Of a DNA stretch of 61,784 bases, positions 14,252-26,699 are shown piece by piece. Position 1 is the stretch's first letter, and each line of letters starts with the position of its first letter. The notes below the pieces were generated by a model. That model was given only the letters and a program-made list of their open reading frames with translations, was not told where the DNA came from and did not search any database. Source of the DNA: Malacoraja senta (taxonomy: Eukaryota). The DNA is taken from the NCBI GenBank assembly GCA_038087875.1, contig CM075991.1, forward strand, positions 12,960,217 through 13,022,000, written 5' to 3'. The translations under genes and the position numbers were made by a program.

Positions 14252-14703
14252 GCTGTCCGCACTGTCCGCACTGTCCGCACTGTCCGCACTGTCCACACTG
14301 TCTACACTGTCCACTGTCTAGTGTCCACACTGTCCGCACTGTCTAGTGTCCACACTGTCCACACTGCCCGCACTGTCCACACTGTCCGCACTGTCCACAC
14401 TGTCCACACTGTCCACACTGTCTAGTGTCCACACTGTCCGCACTGTCCGCACTGTCCACACTGTCTAGTGTCTACACTGCCTAGTGTCCACACTGTCTGC
14501 ACTGTCCACACTGTCTAGTGTCCACACTGTCGGCACTGTCTAGTGTCCACACTGTCCACACTGTCCACACTGTCCACACTGTCCACACTGTCCACACTGT
14601 CGGCACTGTCTAGTGTCCACACTGTCCACACTGTCCACACTGTCCGCACTGTCCACACTGTCTACACTGTCCGCACTGTCCACAGTGTCCAGTGTCCACA
14701 CTG
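14252..14703. repeat. 9-bp minisatellite (CACTGTCCR, variant TAGTGTCCA)
   Basis: directly visible array. Confidence 0.97.
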
Positions 14704-16861
14704 GCTTCTGAAGCCTCCCACAGTAAACCCACTCTTGCTTTTACTTCAAATATCAAACATCGGAACTGGCCGCCTCGGAGAAGTTGTGAAGTTGCACCAT
14801 CCTTGCTGAGCCTGTGTCTTTAAAGCTCCCGGGTTAGTGGAGCATGGCAATGATACACACCCCCTTGCCTAAACCCAGAGCCCGGAGAACACCAATCGCA
14901 GCCGCCGCTGCCCGGGCAGCTCGTCCCTTCCACATCGGCCTGTGGATAAAACCCACACAAACACAAGTTGGCCACCCAGGCACGGGCTGAATACAACTGC
15001 TTTTGAGAAAAGGTCCGATTTATTCCTACTGCCATAGAAAGCGGCAGAGAGACTGGGCGGTAACTGGATTACAGATATGAGTGGATTCATACTGGCAGCA
15101 GGTACATCATTACAACGTTGGCAAGTCACCAGAACGGAGATGCGACTGATTAACTTTAAAGGCGATTTGAGGAGAAAAATAATGCAAAAGTGCCATTGCC
15201 TTGATAGTCAATAGCAGCCGTCCGCAATAACGGGCGAGATCTATTGTTAACGAAATGTTAGTTGATGAGGCAGGACTGGTGTGAGAGGGGAGGGTCGGCG
15301 GGAAGAGAGTGCAGGAAGAGGCAAGGAGACCGCGAGCCGGATGATGATCTGTAAATCCGACGATTCACTCTTACGTACCTCTGCTTTGTGTTCTACAGAT
15401 CTTTAGAGTGTAACTGCACTTTTCTTCTTCACACGCCTGTGTTGGGTCCCCGCGACCACTGGATAACCAAGTGAGCCTGTTATTCTGGCCGACCCTGTTT
15501 ATAGGCACCGTCTCTCCGTGTGTTACCTGCCCGGAGGACAACGTCCAAACATCTTCACCTTGAAAGAGTAGCGAGGAATGTCCCATAGCGCAGGACGCTC
15601 AGGTACCTTTCAACATGGTGTGTGTGCGTTTGGTTGTCCAAAGGCCCAGATCCCCAGCTCTCCTTCTGCCGCGTCCCCCCTCGTGTCCAGCGGCTCACAG
15701 ACGAATATCCAGCAGCGCACACACACAGAACATTCCCCTCGGTGTGTGGAAAGAATCAGTCATTTAAATTAAAGGTTCAGGAAATATTCCGTGCCATCAT
15801 AAAGTAACCAGTTAATAATGAGAGATTTCTATATTGGTGATCTGCGCCATTTAGCTCTTGCCAGAGTCGGAGGGAGTAATATCTGGGCCGCTTTTATAAA
15901 ATTAAACCAGTCAGTGCGAGTGAGAATTGTGTTTACTAGTGTAGGTGTGTTTGTGTTGAGAGTACTACAGCAAGACACAGAGTGAATCTGAGCACCAGAC
16001 CTCACATACGAGGAGAGTTTCACTCTGGGATCCAGCACTTTTACGGGCGCCCACTGCTAATAGTTTTACAAACAGGCGCAGATTCAGCTTTTTATTTTCT
16101 GCTACATACGTGTTGCCGCATTCAGTTACAGCATATTTAGTCCTTGATTGAAATATGATTATTTTAATATCAGTGTCCTGGGTGAGATTGGCTCGTCTAG
16201 TAATTGTATTAGTCAGGTGGGGAAGGATTGGCCTTGTTATAAATTTGATTTTTTGAATTAGATTATAATGATCAGATTTTACAGGTACATGCGTGTAATA
16301 ATATTATTAATATTTTATTACAGATAGTTGTTTGATCTAATTGGCTGATGCAATAATGCGTTTCATTACACTCAGGCACACAGACTGATGTGATATCGTT
16401 TCCCTTATTTCAGTCGGATAATGTGCGTAGTAATTGTGTTACAATCGGGGACCAGCTGGATTTGGCCCCAAGAACATGTTGATGGGACATTTATGAACCG
16501 GACTCAGGGCCAGGTTGACAATGGAGCGCGTACAGGGCCACATTCACTCCGTTGTAAGTTTCCCGTCATGTTGCTACAAGCACCTGTAAGTGAATCGGGC
16601 ATTAGAATATAACGATGGCGTTAGACAAGCCTCTGCTGAGGTGGATGTGACGGTCAATGACTTTAGTTGATTTCAATCTATATACTCATCTTGTAACGTG
16701 TTGGGGGTCAGGTGATTTAGTTTGCATTGGCGAGCAAGTTTTCCTGTTGAGTTCCTTCCTGTGAATTATATTCTTACATTAATCTTAACCGAAGTGGAAT
16801 TAGCTGGTAGAGTGTAAACTAAAGTATAGATTTAAAAGAACACATGGGGAAATAATTGTTT

Positions 16862-16985
16862 AAGAAGGAACTGCAGATGCTGGAAAATCGAAGGTGGACA
16901 AAATTGCTGGAGAAACTCAGCGGGTGCAGCAGCATCTATGGAGCGATGGAAATAGGCAACGTTTCGGGCCGAAACCCTTCTTCAG
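16862..16985 (-). mobile_element. Penelope-type short element with hammerhead-like core, 11-bp TSD
   Basis: TSD aataattgttt at 16851-16861 and 16986-16996; minus strand reads CTGAAGAagggtttcggcccGAAAcGTT. Confidence 0.8.
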
Positions 16986-17021
16986 AATAATTGTTTGTCG
17001 GTTGCGTGCTGAATTTCCGCT

Positions 17022-17373
17022 NNNNNNNNNNNNNNNNNNNNNNNNNNNNNNNNNNNNNNNNNNNNNNNNNNNNNNNNNNNNNNNNNNNNNNNNNNNNNNN
17101 NNNNNNNNNNNNNNNNNNNNNNNNNNNNNNNNNNNNNNNNNNNNNNNNNNNNNNNNNNNNNNNNNNNNNNNNNNNNNNNNNNNNNNNNNNNNNNNNNNNN
17201 NNNNNNNNNNNNNNNNNNNNNNNNNNNNNNNNNNNNNNNNNNNNNNNNNNNNNNNNNNNNNNNNNNNNNNNNNNNNNNNNNNNNNNNNNNNNNNNNNNNN
17301 NNNNNNNNNNNNNNNNNNNNNNNNNNNNNNNNNNNNNNNNNNNNNNNNNNNNNNNNNNNNNNNNNNNNNNNNN
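17022..17373. other. assembly gap (352 N)
   Basis: run of N. Confidence 1.
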
Positions 17374-19290
17374 GTGGGTGTGTGAGTGTGTTTCTGTGAA
17401 ATGCAATCGGTTGTGATTGAATTAAATCGGATATTCTACTTTCCCCATTGTTGTTCAATCTGAGTAATATGCAAGCGGTTTATCTCGGGAACATCGTAAG
17501 GTTACTGCTTGCTGCGGGTCCATTTTATTGCAAGACTTCTTGTTGATATTGTACTTGTCAAAGTTTTGTCAATGGCCGATCCATTGAAAAGGGGTCGGCA
17601 TGAAATCCGTTCTTTTCGTTTTTCCAATCGTTTCGAAATCCCGTTTATCCGCTGCTTAATCGGTGCCTAATTTGTTAGTAAATTATATTTGCAACCAGTT
17701 GCGGGTTGACGGCGGCGCGTTGATGCTTTTATACCTGCCATGAAATTCTTGTAAATCCTCGCATACATGTTTGGCTTGGAATCCCAAATATATCGGAAAA
17801 CAGCAAGGGCCGCGTAGAGTCTGCGTGGGTTAGAAATATTTGTACTAATTTAACCGTCTTTTATCAATGATAGTAAAGAATTTCATTTAAAAGGGGAACG
17901 AAATAATTAGAATAAAACAGCTTCATGGCCGAGAATTCCCGTTACCATTTACAGATCAGTTAATAACTTAATGTGTGGGAAGGAACTGCAGATGCTGGTA
18001 ATAACTTAAACCGTGAGTCTGACCACCACGGAATAGTTGTATTTCTGTGAGGATTGGATGGAATAATCACCCGTTTAAAATCGGTTTTAAAGTTCCGTGA
18101 AAGGGAAAGCCGAGCTTCAGGTGACGTTTGCAGGATATGTTGTGTTAGCTGCGGACACGGGTTGTTTCAGAGACCTGTAATGATGCAAATATCAGCGGAG
18201 CCGCGGGGGAGATGAGTTCTCCATGCAGTTTAAACAGGGGCCCATTCCTGCCCCTCACACCCACATTCACACTGATAGCTGGCGCTGGAATAGAGACACG
18301 AACAGCGCCAGAAGTGAACAGGTGAACCTACTGGTAACCGACAGGAACCGAATGAATAAACCCAATTTTGGAAAAGGGATGTTTCCGATGTGTCCGCGCC
18401 AATACACTGTCCAAAATGGGCTAATAAAACGGATTACCGCTGATTTATTAAATCCAGTCGTTCACACAATTGATGACTGATATTAAACCAGACTGAATCA
18501 ATGTTAAATTCAGTGTATTAAATTTAATTAACGATTTTATATTTCAATATGTCTTTAAATCTAGTCACATTTGGATAGATTTGTACAATTATTGGCAGAA
18601 ATGCCAATCGACTTATTGAAATTAAATGTATATATTTTGTTTTAAAACTGCTGTACACTCGGAGCGGCCAGGACATTCTGGTCAAAATCAGACTCAGTTG
18701 GAGGGGATGTTGGTTTGTGGGTGGCGAGTTCCAGACCTCAGTCCCGTCAAGTAACGCAACACTGCACTTTATGCCCAAATGTCATTTCTAAATTCTACAA
18801 GTCATTCTCTGTCCGCGGCGGCAACGCGGTGTTTGTTCTCGGGCCCACAATGAGCACAGACCTCTCACTTGGCGATATTTGGAGGTGCCTGTCTCGTTTT
18901 AGCCACTTGGCCAAGACCCAGTTGTTGAAGGGTTTGTGTAAATAGACGAGGGATATTCCAGTTTATTAGATGAGATATTTCCTCCAACTTGTTCGTTGAG
19001 GAGCGGTAACTGATGTGAAATCTCGATCGGCAGACGGAGCAGGTGGTCCAGGTAGGTATGTAGAGGAGCGGACACTCGATGGTATGAACAGCATCCATTT
19101 TTAGTGTGTTCCATCTACTCTTCCCGTTTTCCCCAGCGTGTCCACACTGTTTACTCGGCTTCCACGAGCTAGAATTCTCCCTGAACCGCCAGTTGTACTT
19201 AATGTTCATTTTAATGTACATTTTCGTAATTACAAAAGCATTTGATTAAAAATGTGCGAGGCGCCGCTGGCGGTGGAGATGACTGGGATG

Positions 19291-19378
19291 CGGGGAGGTG
19301 AGGGGGTGGGAGAGGGAGTGGGAGAGGGAGTGGGGGAGGGAGGGAGAGGGGGGGGGTGGGGAAGAAGGTGGGGGAGGC
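19291..19378 (+). promoter_or_regulatory. G-rich purine tract, potential G-quadruplex near the putative promoter
   Basis: more than ten GGG+ runs, repeated GGGAGAGGGAGT units. Confidence 0.5.
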
Positions 19379-19515
19379 AGTGACGGTTCGTTAGCGTGTT
19401 GCTACAACCGTGTCCAGACTGGGGGTGCCTGGAGCAGCGCGGAGCCGCCACATCCCCCCCCTCCCCGGCACATCACCCGCCGGGAGGGAGGGCCGCGACT
19501 AACTCTGGCACAGGC

Positions 19516-19890
19516 TGTGTGAGTGAGTGTGTTTGTGTGAGAGTGTGTGTGTGTATGAGTGTGTGTTTGAGTGTGAGTGTGTGTGTGTATGAGTGTGTGT
19601 ATATGAGCGTGGGTGTGTGTGAGTGTGCGTGTGCGTGAGTGAGAGTGTGTGTGTGAGAGAGTGTGTGTTTGAGTGTAAGTGTGTATCAATGTGTGTGTGT
19701 GTGAGTGTGTGTGTATGTGAGTGTGTGTGAGGGTGTTTGTTTGAGTGTGAGTGTGTATCAGTGTGTGTGTATGAATGTGTGTGTGAGTGTGTGAGTGTGT
19801 GTGAGTGTGTATAAGTCATTGCCAACAACACTGGGCTGCAGGCAGCGTTGGCAATGATCACTCACTCACTCACTCACTCACTCACTCACT
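19516..19890. repeat. degenerate (GT/GA)n microsatellite followed by (CACT)n
   Basis: GT-rich array 19516-19810; CACT repeats 19859-19890. Confidence 0.95.
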
Positions 19891-21316
19891 ACCCCGGGCT
19901 TTCTCGCCGGTCGTGCCCCGCGCTCTACTCTACAAATAAATAATCCCGCGGTTGACAACATCTAAACCTACCGCCAGTTATGATTTACCAACTTTATTTG
20001 CATTCAACTCCAAATTCGAATGGGTTTATAACGAGAATATCGACTTAGTTGCCATTCCCTCCAATTTGCGAGCTTTACTCTTTGAAGTTCGGGTTAACGA
20101 TGCGACTCCTCTGTAAAGGGTGGAATCAACAAATGTGGCATTATTGATAAATAACTTAATAGTTTAAATACGATTGGACGCGATAGCGTCAACATGACAT
20201 ATTCGCGCATCTAGGAGTGACTGAGATATAACACAGAAACAAAGTGGCGGGGTTGGAAATTCACTCCAAGTTGCCGGAGCTGTTGGTGGCGCAGTGGGAA
20301 CTCGGGGGAGTTTATCTGAAGAGGGGTCTCGACCGGAAACGTCGCCCGTTTCTTCTCTCCAGAGATGCTGCCTGTCCCGTTGAGTTTCTCCAGCTTTTTG
20401 TGTCCATCTGAGGTTTGTTTCCGGTCGATTCTCGGTGAAGGGGACAGGCGAGATTGTTGACAGCACCCTGACCCGTGGTCGCTTGGTGCAGCCCCCCCCC
20501 CCCCCCTTCTCTGGGCTCTGCCTTTCTTAGGGCAGAGCGGGGTTTGAATTTGAATTTGAATCCGTTTTACAGTAGCTTGGAAAGTTGAAGAGGCTCCAGG
20601 CAACGAGCAACGAGTCAGGGCGGCTCCGGTAACTCCACTTGGCACGAAATGCCGGAGTAACTCAGCGGAACAGGCAGCATCTGTGGAGAACAGGAATGGG
20701 GGACGTTTCGGGTCGAGATCCTCCTTCAGACTGAAGAGTGAGGGGAGAGCGAGACACAGAGATAAGGAAGGGTAAGGTGTGAAAACGAGACATCTAAAGA
20801 GACGTGTGGGGCGGAGACCCTTCTTCAGACTGTGTTGAGGGTGAGGGCTTTGTTGGCGGTTTGCGGAACCCGCACATGTGGTGTGTGTCCACGTGGATCT
20901 CCGCGGCCGCAGACACTTTGTCTCCAGTCGGTGAATCTTCAGTTGAGTTCCCCACGTCCCCGGCTGTATATTTGACAAAAACCCACCAGAGACATCCTCT
21001 GTCCCGCTTGTTATTGATGCCCTGTACCGCTGAGTTACTCCAGCATCTTCTCTTGTTATTCACTTGCGCTTTTAATGCCTCCGATTTATTCCGGAAAATC
21101 GATATGAAATCGGCCACCGTTTATTAACATTGATCAGTTTATTAACACGAACGACGCCTGGGATTGTAACATTGACTCGCCGATATCCGCTCTGTAACCA
21201 CAATTTAATCAATCGACGCGTTTAAAATATAATTCCAATTTAATCCTGAATATGACTAATTGCTGAAAATCGTTTACGTCACAAAAGATTTAAGAAATAC
21301 AATTTATAAACTAATT

Positions 21317-21446
21317 GTGTAGGAAGGAACTGCAGATGCTGGTTTATAACGAAGATAGACACAAAATGCTGGAGTAACTCAGCGGGACAGGCAGCATCTC
21401 TGGAGGGAAGGAATGGGTGACGTTTCGGGTCGGGACCCTTCTTCAG
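21317..21446 (-). mobile_element. Penelope-type short element with hammerhead-like core, 15-bp TSD
   Basis: atttataaa(c/t)taatt at 21302-21316 and 21447-21461; minus strand CTGAAGAagggtcccgacccGAAAcGTC. Confidence 0.8.
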
Positions 21447-21924
21447 ATTTATAAATTAATTCACTCCCGGCTAATCTTTAATTCTTGACCCTAGTTTGGG
21501 GAGGAAATGTTCCTGCGACGTGAGCTAGGATGGATGACGGAGTGTTACATAGATGTCCAGCTGAAAGAAGGAATTTGCCAGCTTGCGATCTCCCTGCTTT
21601 ACATGTTAGTTCGCAGTTAAGTAAAATAAACATTTAAGTTTTGAGCTGAACCTCTAAATATAGAGGCATGGCATTGATAAATGACAAATATGAATCTGAT
21701 ATTTGATGGCAATGTGAAACAGACACGGGGTAGAAAGGATGAAAGGCGACGAGGGGATAGAGCGCGGCTTGGGGAGACTGTGGTGTGTGTGTGTGTGTGT
21801 GTGTGTGCCTTCCCTGCTCCCCTCTGTGTCAGACTCTGGTGCTGTCACCTGTACCCCCCCCCCCCCCACCCCTGTCCATGCGGTCTCGCTGGCAGGCGGC
21901 AACTTGAAGCACCAGGGCTGTGGG

Positions 21925-21982
21925 ATGGAATCTAACCCCAAGATGCCGGACACTTCCAGGAGTTGGTACCTGATGCAGACAG
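21925..21982 (+). CDS. pax8: pax8 candidate first coding exon (MESNPKMPDTSRSWYLMQT, phase 1)
   Basis: ATG in strong context (gggATGg), second in-frame ATG at 21943 (MPDTSRS, loosely like mammalian MPHNSIRS). 58 nt end at CAG|GTGCGG; the phase-1 G joins GA at 36670 to give GHGG. Candidate acceptors upstream (AG ending 21832 or 21895). Lies in the CpG-rich domain. No transcript evidence. Confidence 0.55.
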
Positions 21983-24900
21983 GTGCGGTTAACATTAGTG
22001 CCGAAGGGCTTTCGTTTCCAGTTCGATGCTGATGTTTAAAGCACTCTCTCGGTTTCAGAAATTCTGTTCAGTGTAAAACATAAATCAGTTTCGGGACACC
22101 AGGGCTGGAATGTGGATCCCAGCACAAAGTAAGTTGGCACTTTGTGCCCTGACGGTGATGTCGACAAACAGACTTGTCCACACTCACCCGCCAGCCTGTC
22201 GGCCTTCGCGTCGGGATCTGTGCACCTGTTCGCGGCCGGTAAAGGGAAGAATTGCTCCCGCGCTGCTCACATGTGAACCCGGGGCTTCAGTCCAAAGCCA
22301 GGGCCGCAAGGAGCAATGAGATGAGGTGCGAGAGTTTCCCGAGATCACAGCACCTGGCCTTGTGGGTCCAGGAATGAATGGGAGGACAGGTGGTTGTGAA
22401 TGTTGTAAACGGGCGGACAGGGGAAGATAGACACAAAGTTCTGGAGCAACTCAGCGGGACAGGCAGCATCTCTGGAGAGAAGGAATGGGCGACGTTTCAG
22501 GTGGAGACCCTTCTTTAGGGACCCATTCCTTCTCTCCAGAGATCCTGCCTGTCCCGCTGAGTTACTCCAGCACTTAGTGTCTATCTGCGGTTTAAACCAA
22601 CATCTGCAGTTCCTTTCTGTACATGGGTGTATGTAGAGGGGGCAGGTGTGTAGGTGTGCAGGTGGCCAGGTGTGCAGGTGGCCAGGCCGGGCCCAGGACT
22701 GACCGGCGCTGCCGACCGCCTCCAGCTTCATCCACGCCGCTCCTGTTGCCTCATCCCCGCGGCTCCGGCCTTCCGCCAGCCCTCTGATTTGTCAACCCTG
22801 CGACGGGACAAAACACACGAACAAGTATCAGGTCAACGCAGCCTTTATTTTCGTTTAATTTCCGCAGCGCGATTGAAATGGAAATGAGTGGCGCGCCGAG
22901 CCAGGATGGGGGTTGAGGAGACGGCGGCGTTGGGGCAGTGAAGCGGCGAATCTATCAAAGGGGGAATCATTAGTAACCAGAGTCCGGAGGGGAGGGTGTG
23001 ACGGAAACAGAGGGGTGGGCAGAGACGGACAGAGATGGAGTGGGTGGGACAGGGAGCGAGGGACGGGACAGAGAGGTGGCAATGAGAGCACTGTACACGG
23101 GGGATAGAAACATAGAACATAGGCGCAGGACAAGGCCATTCGGCCCTTCGAGCCTGCACCGCCATTCAATATGATCATGGCTGATCATCCACAATCAGTA
23201 CCCCGTTCCGGCTTTTCCCCATTTCCCTTGATTCCCTTCGCCCTAAGAGCTGAATCTAACTATGGGTCTTTTGATTTGTAAGTAATGTGATTATTCCTGC
23301 TATCCCACAGTGGGCCGAGGAGGGGAGAATAGTTTTTATCCTGGCATCATGTTGGACACAGACGTTGCGGGCCGAAGGGCCTGATCCCGTGCTGTACTTT
23401 TCCATGTTCTGTGGGGGCGAAGTTATTGTTGCGACCCCTGTTTCTGTTTCCTTGTCACGGCTAGAATCCGACCCGAAACGTCACCCATTCCTTCTCTCCA
23501 CAGATGCTGCCTTCCATTTAAACCCGCATCTGCAGTTATTTCCTACACGTTTTCACTTGCTCCACTCTAACCGCGGCTTGAAAGCTCCCCTCAACAGTAC
23601 CTCGGGAATATCTTTAATTTCTTTTGACAAGGAGAGTGAGATAAAAAATATAAGGCAGAACTTCAAGTCGGATTTGTATTCTGGGTTTTGTAAAAATGTA
23701 AAAATACTCCGGCAAACTAATATTTTATCCGTGGCGATGCTGACCAGTTACAGGTGAGGGACACTGACACTGGATCTACAATCTGATCGATCCACGCCGC
23801 GGCCACCAGGCAAGCGGGACATTATTTAACGTGACATTATTTAATTCCCGCTTCACTTTCTCTTCAAATCTCTTCACTTCCTTCTCCTCCGAGATTTCTG
23901 GACACAGTTTCCACGGATCTAGATCTTCAGTATATTGTCAAATGACCAGTTTGACATGGGAATTAGTTTTTGAAAGCTTTGGGGCAAGTTCGATCAAGTC
24001 TCGGACAAGTGATCAGCAGTAAATTCCACGGCCCATTCGCTACCTGCCCCCTGAGCCGCTCGCCGCCTTCTCCTCTCATGCCGAGAGACCAACAAGGCAA
24101 TTGCAGCGGTCCTATTGAAACCCGTTCCTTCAAATTACTCCTCCTTGTATCTTTCAGTTCCCTATGACTGCTGAGTTTATGGAAGATAGACACAGAATGC
24201 TGGAGTAGGCGACTTTTCGGACCCGAATCGTCATCCATTCCTTCTCTCCAGAGATGCTGCTTGTCCTGCTGAGTTACTCCAGCTTTTTGTGTCTATCTTC
24301 GGTTTAAACCAGCATCTGCAGTTCCTTCCTACACATGCTGGGTTTACGGGATGGCCTTGGCACGGATAGTATTCTGATTCTATTACTGGACCCACAATTT
24401 CTAGATTACAACATAAGCGAATTAAATAATAACTAGTAAAGCTAGAAAGTTATAGAAAACATGTCCATAAATATATGATGAATAAACACATTGTGTACCA
24501 TGCTTTCCCCTTAGGTATATTCCCTTTGTGTCAATCTTTGGTTATCCTTTGCTCAGTTCTACAAGTCTTGTAAACCTGAGGACCATCCTGTTCTCAACGC
24601 CATCATAAGCATCTTCATTTTCATTTGAATGAAAATCCACTTTTCTTTTATCTTCATTAAGCAGTAGTCCTTAGTAGTCTTAAGTTTAGCAAAGGATAAC
24701 CAAAGATTGGCACGAAGGAAATAAATCTAAATTTAGCAAGAAAAAAATAAGGTACACAATTCTACAAATATATAAAAAGGCAACAGCAAAAGTAAGTAGA
24801 ATCTCTTGAGATAAAAAGATATAACCAGGAATACTGAGAAGTTAATACAATATTTTGTATAAGTTATTGCACTGGAATATAAAATCAACGTACCATGATG

Positions 24901-25559
24901 AGTGTGAACCCTCGAATCCAGAGAGAGTGTAGTTTAAAGTAATTAATCTTACTGATACTTTCAAGAGAGAGCTAGATAGGTCTCTTAAAGATAGCGGAGT
25001 CAGGGGATATGGGGAGAAAGCAGGAACGGGGTACTGATTGGGGATGATCAGCCATGATCACATTGAATGGCGGTGCTGGCTCGAAGGGACGAATGGCCTA
25101 CTCCTGCACCTATTGTCTATAGTCTATTAACAAAGGGAAATGATGTGATTAAGGTAAAGCTCATCCAATGCAGCGCATGTCGTACATTCATCGGGCTGCC
25201 TGACCCGATGAGTATGTCCAACCATTTCTATTTTTATTTTGGGTATCTGCAGTTGGAATTGCATCTTAGATAATGTTAGCATCTTCGGGAGAGATGGTAG
25301 TCTAAAGAAAAAGTATCTCCAGTAATCAGTTCTAAATGTTGCTTCAATATATGTCCAGGTTGCTCAGCAACACATGAGCCTCCTGCTATCTGTACTGATG
25401 ACATTACTGTTGAGGGAAAGTTTTGTTAAGACCATTTAACACATATATCCTGCTGGAAAATGATTGAATTTGCTTACCTGAGCTTTCCCAAGGGAGAAGG
25501 TCTTAATAAATCCTGCATCTATAATAACCTCATTTCTGAATTATTGTTCTGAAACATGT

Positions 25560-25802
25560 AGGAAGGAACTGCAGATACTGGTTTAAACCGAAGATAGACA
25601 CAAAATGCCGGAGTAACTCAGAGGGACAGGCAGCATCTATGGAGAGAAGCAATGGGTGACGTTTCGGGTTGGGACCCTTCTTCAGACTAATGTCAGGGCC
25701 CCCTGACTCTAGTCTGAAGAAGGGCCTCGACCCAAAATGTCACCCATTCCTTCTCTCCAGAGATGCTGCCTGTCCCGCTGAGTTCAGCATTTTTTGTCTA
25801 CC
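25560..25802. mobile_element. palindromic (inverted pair) Penelope-type element, 18-bp TSD
   Basis: tattgttctgaaacatgt at 25542-25559 and 25803-25820; arms invert about gtcaggg-cc-ccctgac. Confidence 0.85.
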
Positions 25803-26699
25803 TATTGTTCTGAAACATGTTGGTTTGTTGGTTTTAGGGTATTTAAAAGAGCGAATCTGAGCAAAGTTACTAGAGGTCCTTCTATTTATGGTTTGACTTC
25901 TTATTTTCTGTTTTATGCAGTTTTTTATCCTTGTCTTGCCTAAAATTATTTCTGTCCTGCCTTCTGAAGCCTTGGGTATTATTACTCTGTTACAATTTTT
26001 CAACATCATATTTTTTCCCCACTTCCAATAGTTTGCTACAAGTGTTTTTTATATATACTGCTACCCAGATGATCAGTACTTGGGCAGACACTGTAGAAAC
26101 ATTTTGAGTTACTTGTCCCCTTGTCAATACCCAGTTCATCATCAGTCTCCATTCATTTTACCCCCTCCATTATTCTTTGCTACTTGTAATTGTGGAGTTT
26201 GTAGCTTCTGCAAACTTTGATTAAGTTGATTTGTCGAAAAGATGCAGGTTGCCTGAGAAGACGACACCAACAATATCTACGCATTGGATGGAGGGGATGG
26301 GACTGGACTGAGATACAGATTGTGTTTAGCATGCAGGCGAGTGTTCTGAATGATGTCAAAGAGAAGGTTCATGGCAAAAGCAATTTTTAGGAAAATGACA
26401 ATGACTTTCAATTACTATTTAAACCAACTTACTCTCAAAGATTCTAGATGACCCCAACCCCCTTTAATTTTATACTGTGCCCTTTGTGTGTACAAAATGG
26501 TGCAACTACACATGTAACAGCTCATGCATCAACTATACATCAATCTTGTTTTGAACAGTCTAGAGTAGCTGGTACACCATGTACCATGGCCTAAGAAGCA
26601 CAACTTTTATATTCCGAATACTTCAGAACAATTCAGAAATTTACTGCACTATCAGAAAGATCCACATATACTGGGAATGTAAGAGGTGTCACAGATACG

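Larger units (their letters stand above)
14760..24130. promoter_or_regulatory. extended CpG-rich domain over the pax8 promoter/5' region
   Basis: visibly high CpG density (cgcg, ccgcgg, gcggccgc) even in AT-rich stretches, versus CpG-poor flanks; boundaries approximate. Confidence 0.7.

Noticed and set aside
14240-14809. ORFs with TVR/TVH/STL repeats, or a CRISPR-like array
   Set aside because: 9-bp minisatellite without unique spacers, in eukaryotic DNA.
16894-17458. Long ORFs containing X
   Set aside because: Artefacts of the N gap.
19402-19861. His/Thr-rich ORFs
   Set aside because: Translation of the (CA)n-type microsatellite.
20211-20978. Longest ORF in the track (255 aa, minus strand)
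   Set aside because: Runs through several short repeat copies in GC-rich DNA; no recognisable domain.
23737-23753. ATG CTG ACC AGT TAC AG|gtgagg as pax8 start exon
   Set aside because: Good donor but phase 2, incompatible with the phase-1 paired-box exon; could only be non-coding or a uORF.
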